This document shows positions 22,394 to 29,126 of a stretch of 64,000 nucleotides of DNA, piece by piece. The DNA is taken from positions 46,665 through 110,664 of the forward strand of contig NZ_DAMACX010000001.1 of the NCBI RefSeq assembly GCF_031998825.1. Direction: 5' to 3'. The notes beneath the pieces are model-generated. The model worked only from the letters and a program-made list of their open reading frames with translations. It was not told the DNA's origin and made no database searches. This DNA comes from Pseudescherichia sp. (GTDB lineage: Bacteria > Pseudomonadota > Gammaproteobacteria > Enterobacterales > Enterobacteriaceae). The position numbers and the translations under genes were made by a program. The stretch's first letter is position 1. Every line of letters starts with the position of its first letter.

Positions 22394-23691
22394 TTAGAAG
22401 CCTTAGTTGTATGAATGCGATATAAATATCTTGGGCTATCTTCAGGAATATTATCTCGCCCATGCAACATTCGTTTGTTATCAACGAATAGCGCCTCGCC
22501 AGGCTTTAGTCTTAATATAACCTGTTCAGCATGAGAAATTGACGATTCAAGTGCCTGAAGTGCAACTATTTGTGTTTCACTATAATTATCAAGTAACAAC
22601 CAACGTGTATAGTAGATCTCATCTGACGTTGCACCTGGTCTTAAAATAGGATAAATATCTGTTTTAAAACGCTTATAAAGTGGAAAGCCAATGTGCGTTT
22701 TACGGAGTATCTCGCGGGTACTTTCGGGAAGGGATTCAATTAGTGGCTTACAATCAATCAGAACACTGCTACCTACATGCGGATCTTGTCTAATGCAATA
22801 CCAAGCTACGGTGTTAACCAGTGGTGAATCTGTATGAGGGGACAAGGATTCTGGCTTGTTAAACTTCAGTTTCGACTCATTATTTAATTTAATATCAGAT
22901 ATGGTTTTTACACTACCAAGATGCTCGTTAATATCTACATATTGCTCAAAGCTTAACTCCTGCTTAATGTGGCAATAACCATGTTGTTGCAACTCGCCTT
23001 CAACATAAGTAGCGAGTTGATCCACACTCTTCATCTTTATAGATTGTGGTTTCGGCTCATTTACAGCTAGCATTTTTATTATCTCGATAACTTGCTCTTT
23101 TGATTTTCCTTCACTGAACACCAAGCGAGCAGGTAGCGAATACAATAAAATCGTTTCTGTAATTTCAAATCGCTTAGAGTAGGAGTTAAAAAAAGCTTGG
23201 CTATTCTCTAACAGAGCTTTACTTGTAACTTGATTCCGTTCGTAAGATGGCGTTGGGACATGGTGAATATAACGTCCATAGTTATCATAGCACCAGCTTT
23301 GATACTCATAACTAAAAGTTAAAAACTGGTGCCAGAATTCATCGATGATGCCCGACATCATAGCACCATGGCCAGTTTCAACCCAACGTTCAAATTCTTC
23401 AAATAGGTAGTATGGATTATCCTCTATAAGTTTCAGAATCGTAGGGTGAGTCGTCTTTCGAAGGACTTTTAACGTACGTTCACACACCTCCCGAATCCGA
23501 TAAGACTTAACGTAGTGTTCAGGTTTATCAGCATACTTTAGAAAGAAATTGTCCGCTTTAATGAATGGATGTATTTCTTTGGTGAGATCGCTGTATTGTT
23601 CAGGCAGATAACCAGGCAGGTAATCCGATAGTTTTTTTGGAAGATTTCCCTTTGATTGATAGACTGCGAAGCTTAATTGTTTCAAAATCAT
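22390..23691 (-). CDS. Fusion protein: N-terminal GRDP/DUF1399-like domain + C-terminal TauD-like Fe(II)/2OG dioxygenase
   Basis: ORF track gives 22390..23805 from a TTG. I prefer ATG 23691 (MILKQLSFAVYQ...) because AGGGA lies 6 nt upstream and the TTG extension overlaps the peptide ORF. C-terminus has ...SLSPHTDSPLVNTVAWYCI...FVDNKRMLHGRDNI. N-domain has IDEFWHQFLTFSYEYQSWCYDNYGRYIHHVP. Confidence 0.65.
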   Translation of the reverse strand: MILKQLSFAVYQSKGNLPKKLSDYLPGYLPEQYSDLTKEIHPFIKADNFFLKYADKPEHYVKSYRIREVCERTLKVLRKTTHPTILKLIEDNPYYLFEEFERWVETGHGAMMSGIIDEFWHQFLTFSYEYQSWCYDNYGRYIHHVPTPSYERNQVTSKALLENSQAFFNSYSKRFEITETILLYSLPARLVFSEGKSKEQVIEIIKMLAVNEPKPQSIKMKSVDQLATYVEGELQQHGYCHIKQELSFEQYVDINEHLGSVKTISDIKLNNESKLKFNKPESLSPHTDSPLVNTVAWYCIRQDPHVGSSVLIDCKPLIESLPESTREILRKTHIGFPLYKRFKTDIYPILRPGATSDEIYYTRWLLLDNYSETQIVALQALESSISHAEQVILRLKPGEALFVDNKRMLHGRDNIPEDSPRYLYRIHTTKASK

Positions 23692-23734
23692 GGCATATCC
23701 CTGATTATTGCCTGGAGTAGGTCGCTTGAGTGAG

Positions 23735-23875
23735 TTATCGATCCCAGCCGCAATCATTGCAGTTGCTGTGACACTGATTGCATTCACTGCTCTCCGTATT
23801 TTCAATCATTGCACTAGCAACTGAATCCAAGTCAATGTTATGAGCTTGCTTGATTTCTTCAACTGTGTTTTCCAT
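23735..23875 (-). CDS. Unannotated 46-aa Cys-rich peptide (candidate RiPP precursor)
   Basis: Reverse complement reads ATGGAAAACACAGTTGAAGAAATCAAG...TGCGGCTGGGATCGATAA = MENTVEEIKQAHNIDLDSVASAMIENTESSECNQCHSNCNDCGWDR. AAGG lies 9 nt upstream of the ATG. Same strand as, and 43 nt upstream of, the dioxygenase gene. Below the ORF-track size cut-off. Confidence 0.5.
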   Translation of the reverse strand: MENTVEEIKQAHNIDLDSVASAMIENTESSECNQCHSNCNDCGWDR

Positions 23876-24491
23876 CTTTTAGTACCTTAAATTTTATTCA
23901 TATAGTGACGGAAAGAATCTATACAGCATTCTTTCACTTAGTACCTAAGAGAATCTTCGATTAAGCCTACATTCCCGTATAGACATAAAGCGCTCCCTCA
24001 GATTCAAAGACGGGCTGATTTTAAATATATACCCTTTTGTTAGATTATAATATTTTGTTCTCAGATTCAACCAGCAAACTAATGGCGAATTTACGGTTTT
24101 CTGGAAGACCGGTCTTGAACGAGATGGTGAGCTGAAAGTCGATTTGGGGAGCTGTACGATACGCTTCCTGCACAACATAGGCGGTAATGGACATCAGTTC
24201 GGGTCAGTAAAAGTGCCATCAAAAAAGCGCATGCAATGATGAACATCTTTGGTAATCACGGAAAGCAAGAAGTCTTAATACTTGCATATCTCTAACAGCA
24301 AACGTATGCACTTGATGACTACGCAGGTCATCGCCTTTAATGAAATATCTTTGCTCCAAAATTCCGTTCTAACCGCGAGCAGCATATCTGGCATGGGCCA
24401 TCGGGGAACAGGTCAGCGGAAACGGCTGAAATTATCCCGCATTACGCTGGCACCAGCTTAGGGCTGGCGACCAGCTTGAAGGGAGCTTCAG

Positions 24492-25481
24492 CTATTGGTT
24501 TCTGAAGAAAGCGGTCCTTGAAAGGGTCATTTGCGTCTGGCAGTCGACCATTTTCTTGACTTCAGCATCTGTTCCCTGCATTGAAACTTTGCCGCACATG
24601 GCATCCTTAGTTTTGATCCACTGGCGCTGAGAAGGTAGTAACTCTTTTTTCTTCGCCGGCGTTAACGTGCTCCAGGTGGTATTCAAATCAGAGTCGGCAT
24701 TCGCAAATGCCATTCGGGACTGATCAAGGCTGCCAGCTTTTTGTTGCTGAGGCTGCTGGTAGGATTGTTGTGGAATGGTTTGCTGAACCTGCTGCTCTGC
24801 CTTTTCTTGCGCCTGAAGCTGTGTCTGCCTCTCAATTTGCTGATCACGCTCATACTTCGCCTGTTGCTGCGCCCTGAGTTGTGCCTGTTGTTCCGCTTCA
24901 ATTTGAATCTGCTGGGCATCCTTAGCCTGCTGGATTTTCTGCTGCTCAACGATCGGGTTGATGATGGAAAGCGATGTCAGTGCAGCGGCACCCACTGATA
25001 TCGGATTATCAGAAGAGGCTTTTACAAAAACGATTTTTTGATCGTCGGTCGCCTGCGCGGTGTAGGAGATGCGTTTTGAAAAGGCGTTTGCGTTGTTATC
25101 CAATGACAGGCTTTCCATTTGCTTGTCGAGATTACGGTTAAAGTTCTTTCTGTAAGCATCAGAAAGCTGGGTGTAGTCGTTGGCAGGTAAGGTCATCGTC
25201 ACGGTCCCTTCACAGGTTTTCATTGTGCTGCCCGTGTCACTTGAGGTTGTGGAAATTTCAGAGATGACCAGTTTGATCTTGTCTAAAGCGCTTCGTTTGG
25301 TCTGATTAGTGACGTCAGGGTATTTGTCGACCTGTTCAGAGAGTCCTTCATAAGCAGATTTTTTTAATAAATCCATGAGAGCTGACTGGGTCATTTCAGA
25401 GGAACAACCGATCACGTCTTTTTTGTTATCACAGCCTGTAATGGCAACGGCGAGTAAGAGTGCTGAGTATTTTAATCTCAT
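24492..25481 (-). CDS. Lipoprotein with Gln-rich coiled-coil linker and C-terminal DUF1311 (LprI-like) domain
   Basis: MRLKYSALLLAVAITGC-D lipobox with Asp at +2. Central QQ(A/E/K)-rich low-complexity stretch. C-terminus ...LPSQRQWIKTKDAMCGKVSMQG...VDCQTQMTLSRTAFF resembles DUF1311. Confidence 0.7.
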   Translation of the reverse strand: MRLKYSALLLAVAITGCDNKKDVIGCSSEMTQSALMDLLKKSAYEGLSEQVDKYPDVTNQTKRSALDKIKLVISEISTTSSDTGSTMKTCEGTVTMTLPANDYTQLSDAYRKNFNRNLDKQMESLSLDNNANAFSKRISYTAQATDDQKIVFVKASSDNPISVGAAALTSLSIINPIVEQQKIQQAKDAQQIQIEAEQQAQLRAQQQAKYERDQQIERQTQLQAQEKAEQQVQQTIPQQSYQQPQQQKAGSLDQSRMAFANADSDLNTTWSTLTPAKKKELLPSQRQWIKTKDAMCGKVSMQGTDAEVKKMVDCQTQMTLSRTAFFRNQ

Positions 25482-26142
25482 GAGTTCCCTTTAGAGTAAG
25501 GATTGGCTTTTGAGAGGCGGCCTGTAATCAGTCCGGAGGGCTAAAGTAAACAGCACTGACACTGAACGCATCACAAGCAAGGACCAAGGTGATATCGGCA
25601 AAAGCTGTGAAATCTTTAATTCAGCTGATGAGAAAGGTATGCGCAGGGTACTGTAACAATGATCCCGAAGCCGGAAAACTGCAAGGCAGGTTCTCGCTGC
25701 TGAACTTAATAAAGGTCAGGGTAAAGCCAGCGCAGGCGCACCGTTTATGACCTTTCATCTGTGCTAATCCACACAGCCGTTCAGATCGGTGGTTTCTTCG
25801 CTGGTGTATTTGTTATGGCGAGTCTCATTTGACCTAATCCTACTTATCACCTTTATTAAAAAGGGGGGATTACTCCACCTCCGCGGAACACGATAAGAAT
25901 TTCATTGAAAGTTGTTCTTGGCTCATATGACCTGCTCCCTTCAAAGCAATGCAGACCGAGCTTAGAAGCTTCCGTTTTTGGCACTAAGTGGACATTCATT
26001 GCTTTAAATCTGACTGTAGCTACTTAATCCATCCTTCCTGTTTTAGATAGTGCTGCTTTGATTTTGGTGGCATCCACCGCGGCGCAATCCTGCGGCAGGA
26101 TGGAATCGAAGCGGGCGCATAAGGCGTTAACCAGGTGTGCGT

Positions 26143-26165
26143 GGCGAGGCGAGGCGAGGCGAGGC
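26143..26165. repeat. Pentanucleotide tandem repeat (GGCGA)x4 + GGC
   Basis: gtGGCGAGGCGAGGCGAGGCGAGGCc read directly. Lies inside a non-coding/degenerate stretch. Confidence 0.85.
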
Positions 26166-26500
26166 CTACTTGCCGATCACCACTAAGCGCATCGGCAGTT
26201 CCGGGCGTTTGATCACGGCGTCGTGATACGCGGGCATGATGAATGAGCAGATAAGACTCAGACTTATCTGCTAAAAATATCAGCTTCTGATGGTTGTTAA
26301 GCTCCTGCCCGGATTCAGGAACCTTGCTGACTTATTTATCTCACTGGTTTACCTCTGTACGAAACCCGCTGCAAGGCGCAGACAGCTCACCAGCTATATG
26401 ACTGGTTCCGTGATGAGATAGGCATTGAGCTACGCGCCGAGCATGGCGATTACCAGCTACAGAGCTGCAAAATTCGGCCTGCGATTGTAAAAGAAGACTG

Positions 26501-26521
26501 ACCGCCTCCGGGCGGTTTTTG
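26501..26521 (+). terminator. Intrinsic terminator after a gene remnant
   Basis: accgcc-tccg-ggcggt followed by ttttt. It follows an orphan reading-frame tail ending ...HQLYDWFRDEIGIELRAEHGDYQLQSCKIRPAIVKED* (no start codon). Confidence 0.6.
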
Positions 26522-26653
26522 CTTCCTTTTACATTGAGTAGCCTAAGCGTTCTCATCTGTATCACCAAAATTAGTAGGATTTTCCTTAGGTTGTTGCTTT
26601 GCTGTGTTACATCTTGTAATGATTGTTGCGCCTTAAATAACAAGCACATAACC

Positions 26654-27103
26654 ATGAAAACCTTAAAAGGGATTAGCAGCTTATTACTGCTGTTATCTGC
26701 ACACAGCAACGCAGCCTGGCAAGAGCGCGAGCTCAACACCTGGTATGAGAAAGACAAAGTTTTATACGACATCACGCAAACTGTCGATGACAATCCTGTA
26801 ATGATAAGCATCGCTCAGGCTGACTATAAAACAGCTAATCTTGCTGTTTCGTATATGTCTAATGGAGGATGTTCAGACCATACCCAGTCGCTAAGAATTA
26901 ATAACACCATTGTGCCTGCTGCTTATAAGTGTGTACCGGTGGGGAAGAATAAAATTGAGCATTACATTGTCGATGACGCTGATAAGGTCAACGCCCTTGT
27001 AGGGCATCTGGAATCAGACTTTACGGCAGTGATTCAGGGAGACATCAAAGTCTGGGCGGCCAATATCAAGTCGCCGAAGTACGGAATGGCCCCGAAATTT
27101 TGA
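26654..27103 (+). CDS. Secreted hypothetical protein (signal peptide)
   Basis: ORF 26519..27103. ATG 26654 gives MKTLKGISSLLLLLSAHSNA-AWQERE..., a classic Sec signal. No family recognised. Confidence 0.6.
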   Translation: MKTLKGISSLLLLLSAHSNAAWQERELNTWYEKDKVLYDITQTVDDNPVMISIAQADYKTANLAVSYMSNGGCSDHTQSLRINNTIVPAAYKCVPVGKNKIEHYIVDDADKVNALVGHLESDFTAVIQGDIKVWAANIKSPKYGMAPKF

Positions 27104-27120
27104 CGGAACTGCTGAACGTA

Positions 27121-27142
27121 AACCGCCTACGGGCGGTTTTTT
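27121..27142 (+). terminator. Intrinsic terminator
   Basis: aaccgcc-tac-gggcggtt followed by tttt. The stem is nearly identical to the terminator at 26501. Confidence 0.7.
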
Positions 27143-27366
27143 ATTGGTAGCAAAACGAGAGGCGCTATGTCAGTAGAAGGCAGCTATAACCCGGGCAAGC
27201 TCCGCGAAGGTGGAACAAGCAGACCGATCGTAAATAGCAGGCATTACACAGAGGCATCCCCGGGGCACTTGATTATGAAAATTACGAGGCCCTATCATTT
27301 TTGAGGTATAGGAATAATCTCAGGCTGGTGATATTAAATAACCACAAAAAAAGTGGAGATCTGGTC

Positions 27367-27630
27367 TTGAAAATTTTAGGGTTAGATGAGCAAAGAACAC
27401 TTCGTGGGAGTGGAGTGTTGAAGTTTTTTGAGCTTGAGCGCGTTCCAAATAGTGACTGGGTTGAGATATTTGAAAGCCTGTTCACTCAGGAAAACGAGAA
27501 GACGTGGGTTGAAGGATATTGCCTAGTCACTAGTTGCCCCACGAGTGAGGTGCCAGCCCGCCTCAAGCTGATTGAGGAAAAATGCGTTTTGGCGAATGAG
27601 CTTTTAAAGAAACGACTTCCTTCTCTGTAG
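27367..27630 (+). CDS. Hypothetical small protein (start uncertain)
   Basis: ORF 27301..27630 has no ATG start. TTG 27367 is preceded by GGAG (8-nt spacer). Product ...KILGLDEQRTLRGSGVLKFFELERVPNSDWVEIFESLF... has no recognised family. Confidence 0.3.
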   Translation: MKILGLDEQRTLRGSGVLKFFELERVPNSDWVEIFESLFTQENEKTWVEGYCLVTSCPTSEVPARLKLIEEKCVLANELLKKRLPSL

Positions 27631-27706
27631 CTCATCAACTTTGAAGCCGCCTACGTGAACTGCACCCAAACAGTTGGATACCCAACGAAATAAGGTGCAG
27701 TTTTTT

Positions 27707-27841
27707 ATGAGCAAATATTCTCTCAGCTTTAAGCTTGAGGTTGTGCAGCACTATCTTTCCGGACCGGAAGGGCAGAAAGCGACTGCAAAACGTTTTGGTA
27801 TCGATCACAGTGCCGTTCGTAAGTGGTTTCCCTGCACCTGA
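27707..27841 (+). pseudogene. IS3-family transposase OrfA N-terminal fragment
   Basis: MSKYSLSFKLEVVQHYLSGPEGQKATAKRFGIDHSAVRKW then FPCT*. This is the HTH module typical of IS3-family orfA, truncated after about 40 codons. No orfB follows. Confidence 0.65.
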
Positions 27842-27973
27842 CGGTGGGAGAGGAAAGCATGGTTGTAAGAGAAGGCTGTTCGGCAATAGCCCGGACTGAT
27901 GAGCCGCACAGCTATGCCTGCGCGGGAGATGACGCACTGATTTTTACCATGACGGTGAGCGAAAGGGCGCGAT

Positions 27974-28003
27974 AAGAAAAGGAATGGCGGACTATACCGC
28001 CAT
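27974..28003 (-). terminator. Probable intrinsic terminator of sugE
   Basis: Minus strand: atggcgg-tatagt-ccgccat followed by tccttttctt. Confidence 0.5.
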
Positions 28004-28014
28004 CCCGTAAAGCG

Positions 28015-28329
28015 TCAGGACGCCAGTTTCATCATGATGAGACCGGCTACGATTACTGCCGCCGCCAGTATACGCATCAGCGAGGCCGCCTCTCCCAGAA
28101 AATACAGCCCTGCGATAAACGAGCCGACTGCACCGATCCCGGTCCAGATGGTATAGGCCGTCCCCAGCGGCAGCGAGCGCATCGCGGTCGCCAGCAGTAC
28201 AAAGCTGGCTATCATGCCGGCTACGGTTACAGTCGTGTACAGCGGCCGCGTAAAGCCTTCAGACAGCTTCATTGAATACGCCCATACCACCTCAAGTACA
28301 CCTGCGGCAACCAGTAATAACCACGCCAT
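28015..28329 (-). CDS. sugE: SMR-family guanidinium exporter (SugE/Gdx)
   Basis: 104 aa, MAWLLLVAAGVLEVVWAYSMKLSEGFTRP...GTAYTIWTGIGAVG... with the conserved membrane Glu (LEVVW). 4-TM SMR. Confidence 0.9.
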   Translation of the reverse strand: MAWLLLVAAGVLEVVWAYSMKLSEGFTRPLYTTVTVAGMIASFVLLATAMRSLPLGTAYTIWTGIGAVGSFIAGLYFLGEAASLMRILAAAVIVAGLIMMKLAS

Positions 28330-28348
28330 AGTTACTTCTCCTCTTAAT

Positions 28349-28398
28349 CACCGGGTCGTCCCGTCAGAGGCCATCATTGTGCACGGGTCGTCCCGACA
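28349..28398 (-). promoter_or_regulatory. Guanidine-II (mini-ykkC) riboswitch
   Basis: Leader RNA reads GUCGGGACGACCCGUG-CACAAUGAUGGCCUCUGA-CGGGACGACCCGGUGAUUAAGAGGAGAAGUAACUAUG. It has two CGGG-ACGA-CCCG hairpins (ACGR tetraloops) 20 nt apart, the second abutting the SD of sugE. Confidence 0.7.
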
Positions 28399-28425
28399 CG
28401 GCCGGAATTTGGCAGACAGGTTTTC

Positions 28426-29064
28426 TCATCCCTGTGCAGCGGCAAGCCGGGCTGCAAAACCGATAAACAGCAGCCCTGTGAGCGAGTTGCCCAGCCTGAC
28501 CAGGCGTCTGCGCGTGCCCAGCCAGCGGGCAACAGCTGCGCCGGCCAGCAGTAAAAACGTCATCCATGACAGACTGATCAACTGCAGCACTGCGCCCAGC
28601 AGGCTGAACGCGGCGGCGCTGTGTGCCGATGATGGATCTATAAACTGAATAAAAAAAGAGACATAGAACAGAATTGACTTCGGGTTCGTTATGCTCAGCA
28701 TAAACGCCTTAAGAAAGTAGTTTTCTTTCCTGATCGCCGGTACGTTACCGGCTTCCCGGGGCTGATGCAGGGCGGACCAGATGATTTTTATGCCAAGCCA
28801 GCTCAGAAAGAGAGCGCCCAGGTACTTGATGGCGGTGAAAACATGCGGGCTCGCCTGGATCAGAGTGGCTATACCGGCCCATGCCAGAAAAATAAGGAAC
28901 ACGTCCCCGAGCACAACGCCGGCGACGCCCCGGTACGCGGCGCGTATTCCGCGGCTTATTCCCGTGCGCAGTACGTACAGGCTGTTGGGACCCGGGACCA
29001 TTACGATAACCAGCGCGCCGGCGAGAAATGTCCAGAAATTGACCACGCCATAGTCATGAAACAT
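28426..29064 (-). CDS. LysE/RhtB-family amino-acid exporter, LeuE-like
   Basis: 212 aa, MFHDYGVVNFWTFLAGALVIVMVPGPNSLYVL...NPKSILFYVSFFIQFID...GFAARLAAAQG. Aligns along its length with remembered E. coli LeuE (YeaS). Confidence 0.85.
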   Translation of the reverse strand: MFHDYGVVNFWTFLAGALVIVMVPGPNSLYVLRTGISRGIRAAYRGVAGVVLGDVFLIFLAWAGIATLIQASPHVFTAIKYLGALFLSWLGIKIIWSALHQPREAGNVPAIRKENYFLKAFMLSITNPKSILFYVSFFIQFIDPSSAHSAAAFSLLGAVLQLISLSWMTFLLLAGAAVARWLGTRRRLVRLGNSLTGLLFIGFAARLAAAQG

Positions 29065-29126
29065 TTGTTACCTCTCTTACTGCATATGTGAAACAGGAAT
29101 AGCGCCCGAACCGTGTACCGTGCCCG

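Noticed and set aside
23692-23805. N-terminal extension of the 471-aa ORF (MKIRRAVNAISVTATAMIAAGIDNSLKRPTPGNNQGYA...).
   Set aside because: It starts at a TTG with no SD and overlaps the SD-preceded 46-codon peptide ORF in another frame. The internal ATG 23691 has a well-spaced AGGGA. I therefore moved the start, though this remains a judgement call.
24045-24194. 49-codon minus-strand ORF MSITAYVVQEAYRTAPQIDFQLTISFKTGLPENRKFAISLLVESENKIL upstream of the peptide operon. A Cys-containing frame (…DGPCQICCSRLERNFGAKIFH*) lies near 24330-24420.
   Set aside because: The first has no SD and an in-frame stop three codons upstream, and looks like a fragment of a decayed gene. The second has no possible start codon after the preceding stop. 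Neither resembles the 46-aa peptide.
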